A DNA stretch of 64,000 nucleotides. Origin: Candidatus Hydrogenedentota bacterium. GTDB lineage: Bacteria; Hydrogenedentota; Hydrogenedentia; Hydrogenedentales; SLHB01. Where the stretch lies: NCBI GenBank assembly GCA_963745075.1, contig CAVUWV010000018.1, positions 224,001-288,000 on the forward strand, read 5' to 3'. Made by a program: the position numbers and the translations under genes. Of the stretch, positions 19,397 through 29,083 are shown in pieces (position 1 is the first letter of the stretch; the number at the start of each line of letters is the position of its first letter). Under the pieces are notes generated by a model. It was not told the origin of the DNA, did not search any database, and was given only the letters and a program-made list of their open reading frames with translations.

Positions 19397-20749
19397 ATGG
19401 ACACTATCCGGGGGAGAATCATCATAGTCGGCGCCGGACTCGCCGGCCTAACCGCTGCGCGCGAACTCGTTCGACGCGGGGTCGACGTGCGGGTTGTCGA
19501 AGCCAGGGATCGGGTTGGGGGACGCACGCTTGCGCAGCAGACGTTTATGGGCGACGCGCTGGACCTGGGCGGCCAATGGATCGGGCCGACGCAGGACAAG
19601 ATGGCCGCATTGATCGACGAGTTTGGGCTAAGGTCGTATCGGCAGTACAACCAGGGCATCAAGTTATTGCGGGTGTGCGGGCGTAATCGTCAGTACAAGG
19701 GATCGATTCCGTCCATGCCGTTGCTGAGTCTGGTCGACTTCCAACTCCTGCTGAATCGTTTGGACGCATTGAGCAATACAATACCGTTGGACGCTCCGCA
19801 CACGGCCCCCCGCGCCCGGGAATGGGACGCGATGACGGTCGAGACTTGGAAGCAACGTCAGGTGAAGACGGCTGGCGTACGCGCGGCGTTCGACACGGCC
19901 GTGGCCGCCATTTTCGGGGTGGACCCACCGGACCTGTCTTTTCTTTACTTTCTCTTCTACTTGCGGTCCGGCGGCGGGTTTCTCCGTCTGGCGGAGGTGG
20001 ACAACGGCGCGCAGGAAACGCGGGTACACGGTGGGATGCAAGCCGTTTCGGAACATCTTGCCGCGGGGTTGGGCGATCGCGTGCGACTGGAATTGCCGGT
20101 CCGCGCCATCGTGCAGTCCGAGTCCGGCGTAACCGTGGTGACGGAAAAAGAAACGCTCGAGGGCGACCGTGTCATCGTCGCGATCCCGCCGACGCTGGCA
20201 GGCCACATCGACTATTCACCGGAATTGCCGCCGCAGCGCGTCCAACTGATGCAACGTATGCCCATGGGATCGGTCATCAAGTGCATCGCGATATACGACA
20301 CTCCCTTCTGGCGCGACGCCGGGTTGTCCGGTGAAGTCGTAACGGACGTAGGACCGGTCAAGTTCACGTTCGACGATACGCCCGAAGGCAGTACGCGCGG
20401 CGCCATCATCGGGTTCATCTCGGGCGCGGACGCGCGGATGTGGGCCGAGCGCGACGAGGCTGAACGGCGCGTCGCCGTATTAAACCAGTTCAAGGATTTC
20501 TTTGGCGCGTACGCGGTGCCCCCTATCGAGTACATCGACAAGGTCTGGGCAGCCGAACGCTGGTCCGGGGGATGCTACGTGGGACTCATGCCGCCGGGGG
20601 TCATAACGACCTTGGGGACAGCGCTGCGCGAACCCGTCGGGCGCATCCATTGGGCCGGGACCGAAACTGCGACTGAGTGGAACGGCTACATGGAAGGCGC
20701 CGTGCGTTCCGGAGAACGCACGGCCGCGGAAGTGTTAGAACGGTTATAG
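19397..20749 (+). CDS. Flavin-containing monoamine oxidase family protein
   Basis: VGAGLAGL, EARDRVGGR, DLGGQWIG, RIHWAGTETA...GYMEGAVRSG; RBS GGAGGA. Confidence 0.92.
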   Translation: MDTIRGRIIIVGAGLAGLTAARELVRRGVDVRVVEARDRVGGRTLAQQTFMGDALDLGGQWIGPTQDKMAALIDEFGLRSYRQYNQGIKLLRVCGRNRQYKGSIPSMPLLSLVDFQLLLNRLDALSNTIPLDAPHTAPRAREWDAMTVETWKQRQVKTAGVRAAFDTAVAAIFGVDPPDLSFLYFLFYLRSGGGFLRLAEVDNGAQETRVHGGMQAVSEHLAAGLGDRVRLELPVRAIVQSESGVTVVTEKETLEGDRVIVAIPPTLAGHIDYSPELPPQRVQLMQRMPMGSVIKCIAIYDTPFWRDAGLSGEVVTDVGPVKFTFDDTPEGSTRGAIIGFISGADARMWAERDEAERRVAVLNQFKDFFGAYAVPPIEYIDKVWAAERWSGGCYVGLMPPGVITTLGTALREPVGRIHWAGTETATEWNGYMEGAVRSGERTAAEVLERL

Positions 20750-20824
20750 CAGGAAGCACGGACCTGCACGGACGCACACGGACTAGCGCAATTTACAATC
20801 CAATCTGCAATCCGCGCCTCCAGC

Positions 20825-21931
20825 CTACTTCTGCTGATTCTTCGGCCAGAGGGAGTCCAGGATGGCCGCCTCATCAAACGAAATGTGCAGGATGGTCGTG
20901 CGATGGTTCGTGGTGCACACGATGTGGATCTTGCCGTCTTTCGTCTGGATGGCGTAGGGATACGCGTATGAATTCTCCCCGCCCATGATGTCCCGGCAAT
21001 GCGGATAGGTCTTGTCGTCATCCGTTGAAACCGCCACCGTCAGGGGCGTGCGCTCGTTCATGTCGTCGTTGTAAATCAACATCAAGTGCCCGTTCTGTAG
21101 ACGAAGAAACGCGACGGCGGAATTGGGGTTCGGGAATTGCGTATCAACCGCGTCCGACCACGTGTTCCCGCCGTCGTTCGATTCCGCACGCAGCAAATAC
21201 CCGGTCGTGGTGGGCTCGAAACTACCGCCGCGCCGGATATAGGCCACGAGATGCGTGTCGGATAACTGGGCCGGTTCGGCTTGCAGATTGCCCGTGGGCG
21301 AGTGGATTGTGTTCGTCTTGGTCCATGTCTTTTCCGTGGGGTTATACCGCATGAAGAAGGAGCCGGTGTCTTCCGCCGTGCGCTCGGTGTCTTCCCCGCG
21401 CTCCATGTACATGGGAACCAGATAGTCGCCGTTGTTCAGGACGATGGGTTTGCCGCGCGCCATGGATCCCTCTTCCATGAGGAACATGAACGAATCCGAC
21501 CACGTTTTGGCGCCGTCTTTCGAGATCTTCGCCTTCACGCGGGCGTTGGACCACGTGTCGCCGTAACGGTTCACGTAGAAAAGCCACACGATGCCGTCAG
21601 GCGCCTGCCAGACGACCGGATTCCCTTCGCCGCGGTCCGGCGTATCGGCAATGACTTCCGGGAAAGTCCAGTGCGTGTCACCCTTCACCAAACGCGAACC
21701 GTAAACGGCTGTATCGGCTTCGTATTCGCCGGACCCGCCATAGTAGGCGATGTAGAGGTCGCCGTTGTCCAATTCGGTGATTGACGCCGGGTGTTTATAC
21801 GGTCCCGGATGCTCGGGACCAAACACGCGCTCGCAGGTGATGCTCACTTTTAAGCGTTCCGCAATAGTCGGGTCTGCGTGAGCCGCGCACGCAACCAATA
21901 CACTCAAGACGAATACTGACACGGTCTTCAT
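20825..21931 (-). CDS. Secreted sialidase-like BNR/Asp-box protein
   Basis: Signal peptide; Asp boxes SKDGAKTW, SNDGGNTW, STDDDKTY; PNPNS; YAYPYAIQ. Confidence 0.82.
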   Translation of the reverse strand: MKTVSVFVLSVLVACAAHADPTIAERLKVSITCERVFGPEHPGPYKHPASITELDNGDLYIAYYGGSGEYEADTAVYGSRLVKGDTHWTFPEVIADTPDRGEGNPVVWQAPDGIVWLFYVNRYGDTWSNARVKAKISKDGAKTWSDSFMFLMEEGSMARGKPIVLNNGDYLVPMYMERGEDTERTAEDTGSFFMRYNPTEKTWTKTNTIHSPTGNLQAEPAQLSDTHLVAYIRRGGSFEPTTTGYLLRAESNDGGNTWSDAVDTQFPNPNSAVAFLRLQNGHLMLIYNDDMNERTPLTVAVSTDDDKTYPHCRDIMGGENSYAYPYAIQTKDGKIHIVCTTNHRTTILHISFDEAAILDSLWPKNQQK

Positions 21932-22078
21932 TCGGTGACTCCTTTAGAGGTTTTCAATTTAATGAATGCATCCGTAAAGCATAGCGAGTTTCGGGTGCAA
22001 CGAGCAAGCCGAAAGCAGGCTGGAGACGGGAGATCGGAGGCTGGAGCAACGGAAATCCAACGTCCGTGTATGTCCGTG

Positions 22079-23617
22079 TCAGTCCGTGGCTACTATCGAT
22101 CGGCCTGGCTCCGCAATCGGCTCGGGCTCGGGATCCTGCCACGGTTCATCCGCATCGAGCCGCCATGCGGCCAGCGCGTCGCACCAATGACGCCAGCGAC
22201 CGGCGAGATTCGCCTGCGTTTCCGCGTAGCGCAGTTCGCCCGCGTGATTGCGGTCTTCAAGCGGGTTCTCGGCCAAGTCATAGAGTTCAGCATACCGCGG
22301 CTGCGGATCCACGTACCGGATATACTTCCACCGTTCCGTGCGAATGCCGTCGCTCGCGGGAATGACGGGTTCGCGCACGACGCCGAAATGATGTTCGAAG
22401 AAGCACTCCTGGCGCCAACGCGGATTGTGGCCATGCACCCACGGAGACAGGTCCCGGCCCTGGATGGCATTCGGGGTCGAAACCCCGGCCAACGTCAGCA
22501 TCGTCGGCGACATATCAATGTTGAGCGACATAGCGTCGCAGCGGCGTCCTTTCTTCCGGCTCGATACGCGCGGATCGCGGACGATGAGCGGCGCGCGGAT
22601 GGACTCTTCGTGTAATAGCCACTTTCCGGCCAAACCGCGTTCACCGTTGAAGACGCCCTGGTCGGAGGTAAAAATGACTATTGTGTTGTCGTCCACCCCC
22701 TTCTCGGCGAGGGTGTCCATAATGCGGCCCACTTCGCGGTCCACTCCGGAGATGAGGCGATAGTACCCCTTGACGGATCGTTGGTACGCTTCCGGCGTGG
22801 CAAATCGCATGTGCCAGCGGCGGCGTCCCTCCGAATCGCGGATGAATGCGGGGAAACGATTGTAGTAATAGGGCGCGTCCTTCGGCGGCGGTGGAATCTC
22901 GTCGTCGCGGTACATGGCATCCAACGCGGGATCGTACAGATACTGCCGAGGGTCCTGGTCCTGCACGTGGGACGCCTTGAAACTGACGGAGAGGCAGAAG
23001 GGCCCGTCTCCCGAGGATTGGATGAAATCCAGGGCCTTCCCGCCGAGCTTGGCGGTCAGGTGGGGGCTGCCATCCTCGCCATGGGCGTATTCGCCGGTCG
23101 CGTCCTTCTGAAAGTAGAATCCTTGCCCGGTAAACCCATCGAAGAAATCGAATTTGTCGACGGGAAGATCGCCCCCCAGTCCCCATTTCCCAATAAAGGC
23201 GGTGCGATATCCCGACTGCCGAAGCATGGCGGGATAGGTGATCCGGAAGAGATCGTCGGAGAGTGGCGTGGCGAAATCTTCGAGCCCATGACAGCGCGTG
23301 TGCAAGCCGGTAAAGATGCTGGCGCGGCTGGCGTAGCAAATCGGCGTCGTTGCGAAGTGGTTCATAAACAACGTGCCTTCGGCGGCGAGTATGTCCAGAT
23401 TCGGCGTCTGGATGATGGGATTGCCCATGCAGCCCAAGGCGTCCCAGCGCTGGTCGTCGGTCAGGAGGAACACGATGTTTGGACGTTTGTCCCCGGACCC
23501 AGCCATGCGTTGGGGCATCCCGGCACAGCCGAGTCCCATCGCGGCGGCGCCAAGCGCGGCGCTCTTGAGCACGTCGCGCCTTGTAATCTCCCCAGTTTTG
23601 CAATTCTTCTCCGCCAT
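22079..23617 (-). CDS. Tat-exported Cys-type sulfatase
   Basis: TRRDVLK signal; RPNIVFLLTDDQR; CYASRASIFTG; GKWGLG; FTSDQG. Confidence 0.9.
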   Translation of the reverse strand: MAEKNCKTGEITRRDVLKSAALGAAAMGLGCAGMPQRMAGSGDKRPNIVFLLTDDQRWDALGCMGNPIIQTPNLDILAAEGTLFMNHFATTPICYASRASIFTGLHTRCHGLEDFATPLSDDLFRITYPAMLRQSGYRTAFIGKWGLGGDLPVDKFDFFDGFTGQGFYFQKDATGEYAHGEDGSPHLTAKLGGKALDFIQSSGDGPFCLSVSFKASHVQDQDPRQYLYDPALDAMYRDDEIPPPPKDAPYYYNRFPAFIRDSEGRRRWHMRFATPEAYQRSVKGYYRLISGVDREVGRIMDTLAEKGVDDNTIVIFTSDQGVFNGERGLAGKWLLHEESIRAPLIVRDPRVSSRKKGRRCDAMSLNIDMSPTMLTLAGVSTPNAIQGRDLSPWVHGHNPRWRQECFFEHHFGVVREPVIPASDGIRTERWKYIRYVDPQPRYAELYDLAENPLEDRNHAGELRYAETQANLAGRWRHWCDALAAWRLDADEPWQDPEPEPIAEPGRSIVATD

Positions 23618-23631
23618 GCGTCTCCCCCTTC

Positions 23632-24219
23632 TTACTTCAGTTCGTTGAGTTCGCGCTCGTAGTCCTCGGGGGTATCCATATCTCGAAGCACTCCCGGCAA
23701 TTCCACCGGCAACCGGTGCACGCGCTCCGGGTGGCCGTAGATAAGCCCACGTAATCCTGTGTCGTCGAAATTCGTCAAGACTTCATCGCGATATGCCGTC
23801 GAGATCACAATCGGATGCCCGGTGTCGTCGTCGTAGAGCGGGACGACGATGCCCTTCTCGACCGCCCGGAAACCATCGATCAAGTGATTGACGAGCGCAC
23901 TGCTAATCGAAGGCTGATCGCCGAGCACCACCATGAAGCCTTTCGCTTCGGCCGGCACGGACTGCAACCCGGCACGTATCGACGTCAGCATGCCATCCTT
24001 ATATTGCCTATTCTCCACCAAGGTCACCGGTTTGCCCAGCACCGCGGCCTCCACAGCCTGTACGTCGTGGCCGGTGACGACAATCGTCTGGGCCACTTCG
24101 CTCGCAAGCACTTCGCTCACGATGCGATCGATGACCGTCGTGTCGCCGTAGGGTAACAGAAGCTTTTGACGGCCCATGCGGCGTGATTCACCGGCAGCCA
24201 AGACAATCGCGGATATCAT
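23632..24219 (-). CDS. mocA: Molybdenum cofactor cytidylyltransferase (MocA-like)
   Basis: VLAAGESRRMGRQKLLL, LGDQP, GHP, DMDTPEDY; next to xdhC and a Mo-enzyme operon. Confidence 0.8.
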   Translation of the reverse strand: MISAIVLAAGESRRMGRQKLLLPYGDTTVIDRIVSEVLASEVAQTIVVTGHDVQAVEAAVLGKPVTLVENRQYKDGMLTSIRAGLQSVPAEAKGFMVVLGDQPSISSALVNHLIDGFRAVEKGIVVPLYDDDTGHPIVISTAYRDEVLTNFDDTGLRGLIYGHPERVHRLPVELPGVLRDMDTPEDYERELNELK

Positions 24220-25271
24220 GACGGCACAAACTCCGCCATGGGTTTGACCGGACCGGATTTCTTCCGCCGGACCGCAACGAGTTCCGCCGCGATGCTCACC
24301 GCGATCTCTTCGACAGACAAGGCGCCGATATTGAGTCCCACCGGTGCATGCACCCGCTCGAAATCTGCCACCGTGGCGATTCCGTCATCGATGAATCCTT
24401 TGCGGATGACGTGCACTTTCCGGCGGCTGCCGATCATGCCGATGTAGGCCGCTGGGGAATGAATGCATTCCTTCAAGACAACGCCATCGTGCCGGTGTCC
24501 GCGCGTGACAATAAGGATATAGGTCATCGAATTGATGGGGAACGCGGCAACTTCTTTAGGGATGTCGCCGCAGACGGTGCGCACCCCGTCGGGATAGAGC
24601 AACGCCTGAGTAAACGCGGGCCGGTCATCCACAACGACCACCTCGAAGCCCAGCCACGACGCAAGCCGCGCGGTTGCCTGTCCCACGTGGCCGCCACCCG
24701 CAATGAGCAGGGTTGGCGTTCGCTCGATGGGTTCGAGATAGTAGGAGTGATCGTCGACTGCAACAAGCTGGGGACGGCCCTTGTCCAGGCACGCCTGCAC
24801 TTGATCCGCGCTGAGGCCAATCTCGCCCGGGACGGCAGCGCCCTCTTCCCAGCATCGCGCGATTCCGAGGTTTTCGGCCGGCCCCTGCGCGAGAATGATA
24901 AGCACGCCGCGTCGGCTTTCGTTAATGAGCGAGGCTGCTTGCCCGAACGCCTCCCGGTTCTTCGCGGGTGCGGGATCGATGAAGACTTGGACATTGCCGC
25001 CGCAAATGAGGCCGTCATCCCAGCCGTAATCGTCGTCGAGTCGCAAGTCGAAGAGGAGCGGTAGAGCGCTGTCCAACGCATCCAGCGCCCGCTTGCGCGA
25101 CTCGGCCTCGAGGCAGCCGCCGCCCAGCGTTCCGTGAATCGCACCGGTCGGCTCGAAGATCGCCTTTGCGCCGGCCTTCTGCGGCGTCGACCCCGTGGCG
25201 GTGACCACGGCGGCAAATGCGAAGGGGGCGTCGGCGTGGATGAGGGTGGTTAGTTTTGAATAGAAGTTCAT
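24216..25271 (-). CDS. xdhC: XdhC/CoxI-family Moco chaperone
   Basis: GSTPQKAGA, GTLGGGCLE, GLICGG, GGGHVG, TRGH, YIGMIGSRRK, APVGLNIG. Confidence 0.88.
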   Translation of the reverse strand: MNFYSKLTTLIHADAPFAFAAVVTATGSTPQKAGAKAIFEPTGAIHGTLGGGCLEAESRKRALDALDSALPLLFDLRLDDDYGWDDGLICGGNVQVFIDPAPAKNREAFGQAASLINESRRGVLIILAQGPAENLGIARCWEEGAAVPGEIGLSADQVQACLDKGRPQLVAVDDHSYYLEPIERTPTLLIAGGGHVGQATARLASWLGFEVVVVDDRPAFTQALLYPDGVRTVCGDIPKEVAAFPINSMTYILIVTRGHRHDGVVLKECIHSPAAYIGMIGSRRKVHVIRKGFIDDGIATVADFERVHAPVGLNIGALSVEEIAVSIAAELVAVRRKKSGPVKPMAEFVPS

Positions 25272-25338
25272 GTATGGGCCTGTTTGTTTACGCGATCATC
25301 AGTCTACGGGCGATTGGGCGCGGTATCAAGGGGGATTG

Positions 25339-25409
25339 ATGGACTATTGGACTATATGGACTATATGGACTATATGGACTATATGGACAGTATGGACGGA
25401 ATGGACAAG
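25339..25409 (+). repeat. Tandem 9-bp array (ATGGACnnn)x8
   Basis: ATGGACTAT x5 (one unit 1 nt short), then ATGGACAGT, ATGGACGGA, ATGGACAAG. Confidence 0.92.
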
Positions 25410-25487
25410 GTAAGGCTGAGGCAGCAACTACTGGAAAACCGCAATGGTTTGGCATTTTGTGCTAGACTTGGGCGGAAGGGTGAGAAT

Positions 25488-26163
25488 ATGCACAGGGACG
25501 AACCGCTGATTCCCAAACATGGCGGCTACCGGAAGCTCAAGAGTTTTCAGGTTGCTCAGTTGGTTTACGACGTGACGGTACGCTTTTGCGATCGGTACGT
25601 GGATGGCCGAAGCCGAACGCGGGATCAGATGACACAGGCGGCACGATCGGGTGTGCAGAACATCGCGGAGGGATCGCAGGCGTCCGGGACTTCCAAGAAG
25701 ACCGAACTGAAGCTCACGGGCGTGGCTAGGGCAAGCTTGGAGGAGTTGAGGCTAGATTATGAGGACTTCTTGCGGCAGCGAGGACTGCCGTTGTGGCTAG
25801 AAGACGACCCACGACGTTCGATCCCTTGTAGACGAGCGATGCGCGTCGGCGGATGAAGTGGCCGAGTGGGTAAAGCAAGTACACCACGGCACACTGCCAG
25901 GACCAAGTGTGGACCTCACGCAATCCACTGCAACCCGCCAAGAGTCTATGTCGTCCAGATCGTCCATTCCGTCCATATCGTCTATACCGTCCATCAAGTC
26001 CACCTACCCCGAAATCGCTGCCAACGCCACACTTATCCTCATCGGCGTTGCGTGCAGTCTGCTGGACCGCCAACTACAGGCTCAAGGCGACGCCTTCAAG
26101 ACCCAGGGCGGCTTCACCGAGCACCTCTATCGCACCCGAAAACGCGCGAAAGACGACGATTAA
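25488..26163 (+). CDS. Four-helix-bundle protein with suffix domain (TIGR02436/TIGR04258-like); +1 frameshift at CCC 25823-25825
   Basis: HGGYRKLKSFQ, RTRDQMTQAARSGVQNIAEGS, KLTGVARASLEELRLDYEDFLRQR; second half PEIAANA...LLDRQL...GGFTEHLY. Confidence 0.85.
25944..26006 (-). repeat. Tandem 9-bp array (GTCCAT-like x7), reverse complement of the 25339 array, inside the four-helix ORF
   Basis: GTCTATGTC GTCCAGATC GTCCATTCC GTCCATATC GTCTATACC GTCCATCAA GTCCACCTA; encodes SMSSRSSIPSISSIPSIKST. Confidence 0.85.
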
Positions 26164-26315
26164 TCCCAGTTGCAGAAACCCGTGCCGGATGCTAAGGTGA
26201 ATGGCGCAGTCAGGGTCTAGCGGTAGGTGCTATAGGGTGCGCAGTTCTTCCGAAGTGCGTATCCCCATTCTTTTGACCGCTGTACCCACAATTCGCAACG
26301 CTGGAGGGTTTTCGT

Positions 26316-26945
26316 ATGCCGACTCATGACAAGCCGGAGGGGCGGTCGGGATTGTCCCGGCGCGGATTCCTCAAGACGGTCGGAGCCGGTACGGTCGCCG
26401 GCGGCCTGGTCCGTGAACAGGCCGGTCCCGCTACCGTGGCCGCACAGGGTCCCGAGGTCGCCGGACCCGGAGCCGTCTCGATCAAACTCACCATCAATGG
26501 AAAGGTCCAATCGCTGAAGGTGGAACCGCGCGTGACGCTTTTGGATGCGCTCCGGAACCACCTGGACCTTACGGGCAGCAAGAAAGTCTGCGACCGCGGC
26601 ACCTGTGGCGCGTGCACGGTGTTACTCGACGGCAAGCCGGTGTACGCCTGTACACTGTTGGCCGTCGAAGCGGTGGGACACCAGATCACGACCATCGAAG
26701 GGTTGGGCACGCCGGAAGCGTTGAGTCCTTTGCAGAGCGCGTTCGTGGAGCACGATGCCCAACAGTGCGGGTTCTGCACGCCCGGCTTCGTCGTAGCGTG
26801 CACGGCCTTTGTCCAAGACCATCCGAATGCGACGCTGGACGAAGTCCGCCAGGGGCTCGGCGGCAATCTGTGCCGGTGTGGGACGTACCACGGCATCACC
26901 GAAGCCGTGCTGGAAGTCGCCAAGGGCGCGAAAGGAGGTGCGTGA
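26316..26945 (+). CDS. Xanthine-dehydrogenase-family 2x[2Fe-2S] subunit with Tat signal (PaoA/YagT-like)
   Basis: SRRGFLK; KKVCDRGTCGACTV; QCGFCTPG; GNLCRCGTY. Confidence 0.93.
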   Translation: MPTHDKPEGRSGLSRRGFLKTVGAGTVAGGLVREQAGPATVAAQGPEVAGPGAVSIKLTINGKVQSLKVEPRVTLLDALRNHLDLTGSKKVCDRGTCGACTVLLDGKPVYACTLLAVEAVGHQITTIEGLGTPEALSPLQSAFVEHDAQQCGFCTPGFVVACTAFVQDHPNATLDEVRQGLGGNLCRCGTYHGITEAVLEVAKGAKGGA

Positions 26946-29083
26946 TGGCAAAGAACGCATGGCCTCCAGCGGATAGGCGCGAACTCATCGGGGATCGGAT
27001 CAGCCGCCTCGACGGTCCCGCCAAAGCTACTGGACACGCCAAATACGCGTACGACATGAATCGTCCGGGAATACTCTACGTGCGGCTCGTTTGGGCTCCC
27101 TACGGCGCGGCCACGATCCAATCCATCGACAGCAACGCGGCAAAAGCGATACCCGGTGTCGTGGGCATTTGGAATGAGATGAATGAGGGCGACGAGATCA
27201 AGTACGCGGGCCAGATCATCGCTTCAGTCGCCGCAACGTCCGAAGAAGTCGCACACGAGGCCGCCCGCGCCGTCAAGATCGCCTACGACGTGCAGCAGCC
27301 GCAGATGGACGACACAAAACTCGCCAACGCCGAAGATAAAGAGCAACGGGACGAGATCCCGGACGCGGCAACGGTCGATAAAGCGTATGCGGACGCCGAG
27401 GTGAAGAGCGAGGGCCATTACGGTCTCGCGCCCATCACCCATTGCTGCATGGAATCACACGGTCAAACCGCCGAGATGAAAGATGGCGACATGAATGTCT
27501 GGCCGTCGACGCAGAACGTGTCCTCCTATGCCGCGGGGATCACGGACGCAGCCGGCTTGCCCGCCAGCCAGATCCATGTGGACTGCCAATACATGGGCGG
27601 CGGATTCGGTTCCAAGTTTTCGTCGGACCAGTGGGGCAGCATCTGCTCGCGCATCACGAAGGAGACCGGCAAGGCCGTCAAGCTGATGCTCGAACGCGAC
27701 CAGGATCTGATGGTCGCGGGCGCACGCCCGTCGGCCTTCGCGAATGTGAAAGCCGGTGCGTCGAAAGACGGAAAGATTACCGTTTTCGATGCGACCTCGT
27801 GGGGTTCCGGCGGTATGGGAACATCGCGCGGACTCGGTATCCCGTACGTTTTCGAGAATGTGCCGAACATTCGCCGGGTGGCGCGCAGCGTGCGCACCAA
27901 TCGCGGTTCCCAGCGTGCCTGGCGCGCTCCGGGTCATCCCCAGGCCTGCCTCGTTACGATGGCGGCGCTGGACGATCTGGCCGCGGCCGCGGGAGTGGAC
28001 GCGCTCGAATTCTTCCTGAAGAATCTCGATCTCACGGACCAGCCCAATGTCTACCGTGAGGAGCTGCAGATTGCCGCGGACACGATCGACTACAAGAACA
28101 AGGCGCATATGCGCGGCGACCCCACCCCCGGACCGCTCAAGCGCGGGCTGGGCATTTCGATGCACAAATGGGGCGGCGGCGGGCACAAGTCCGAGTGCAA
28201 CTGCGCGATCAATCCCGACGGTTCGGTCTCCGTTTCGCTAGGTACGCAGGATCTCGGTACCGGAACGCGCACCGTCGTGGGAATCGTCACGGCCGAAACG
28301 CTAGGCCTTCCGCTGGAACGGATTCAGGTCAATATCGGCCGGAATGCGTATCCCCCATCCGGCGCTTCGGGCGGCAGTACGACCGTGGGCGGCGTGTCGT
28401 CGTCATCGCGGGATGCAGCCACTAACGCTTTGAATATGCTGTTGGAGAAGGCGGCGCCGGTGCTCGGCGTATCGGTCGGCGAACTCGAAGCGCGGGACGG
28501 CAAGATTCAGGTTATCGCCGACCCGAGCAAATCCATGACCTGGGAGAAAGCGTGCAGTCTGCTCGGGCAGATTCCGATTACCGGCAAGGGCAGCAAGCCC
28601 ACGTCGGACGGTACGCAGTTGGACAACAGCGGCGTCGGCGGTGTGCAGATGGCAGATGTGACGGTGGACACGGAAACGGGCCGCGTCACCATGAACGAAT
28701 TCGTCGCGGTGCAGGATTGCGGTCTGATCATCGACCTCAAGACCGCCGAGAGCCAGGTCTACGGGGCCATGATCATGGGCGTCACGTATGCGCTTCACGA
28801 AGAGTGCATCTACGACCCGGTGACGGGACGCATGCTCAATCCGGACATGGAATTCTACAAGCTGGCCGGCCTGGCTGACGTGGGCACGTTGAAGGTCCAT
28901 ATGATGACCGGACCCGGCTACGACGAGCGCGGCGTGATTGGGTTGGGCGAACCGCCGGTGATTTCGCCCGGTGCGGCGATTTCCAATGCGGTCGCGAACG
29001 CGTGCGGTGTGCGCGTATCGACACTCCCGTTGACGCCGGACAAGGTCATCGCCGCCCTGGAGCAAGGAGGTAAACTCGCATGA
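26945..29083 (+). CDS. Xanthine-dehydrogenase-family molybdopterin-binding subunit (PaoC/YagR-like)
   Basis: KATGHAKYAYD, GGGFGSK, WRAPG, QDLGTG, SGGSTT, GLGEPP with the catalytic Glu; TGATG coupling at 26945. Confidence 0.92.
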   Translation: MAKNAWPPADRRELIGDRISRLDGPAKATGHAKYAYDMNRPGILYVRLVWAPYGAATIQSIDSNAAKAIPGVVGIWNEMNEGDEIKYAGQIIASVAATSEEVAHEAARAVKIAYDVQQPQMDDTKLANAEDKEQRDEIPDAATVDKAYADAEVKSEGHYGLAPITHCCMESHGQTAEMKDGDMNVWPSTQNVSSYAAGITDAAGLPASQIHVDCQYMGGGFGSKFSSDQWGSICSRITKETGKAVKLMLERDQDLMVAGARPSAFANVKAGASKDGKITVFDATSWGSGGMGTSRGLGIPYVFENVPNIRRVARSVRTNRGSQRAWRAPGHPQACLVTMAALDDLAAAAGVDALEFFLKNLDLTDQPNVYREELQIAADTIDYKNKAHMRGDPTPGPLKRGLGISMHKWGGGGHKSECNCAINPDGSVSVSLGTQDLGTGTRTVVGIVTAETLGLPLERIQVNIGRNAYPPSGASGGSTTVGGVSSSSRDAATNALNMLLEKAAPVLGVSVGELEARDGKIQVIADPSKSMTWEKACSLLGQIPITGKGSKPTSDGTQLDNSGVGGVQMADVTVDTETGRVTMNEFVAVQDCGLIIDLKTAESQVYGAMIMGVTYALHEECIYDPVTGRMLNPDMEFYKLAGLADVGTLKVHMMTGPGYDERGVIGLGEPPVISPGAAISNAVANACGVRVSTLPLTPDKVIAALEQGGKLA

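Noticed and set aside
25339..25409. CRISPR array or DGR
   Set aside because: Units are 9 bp without spacers. No cas genes, reverse transcriptase or TR/VR pair are seen in the window.
25284..25487. N-terminal DYMDYMDYM extension of the four-helix protein
   Set aside because: This is translation of the upstream DNA repeat. Family similarity starts only near ATG 25488.
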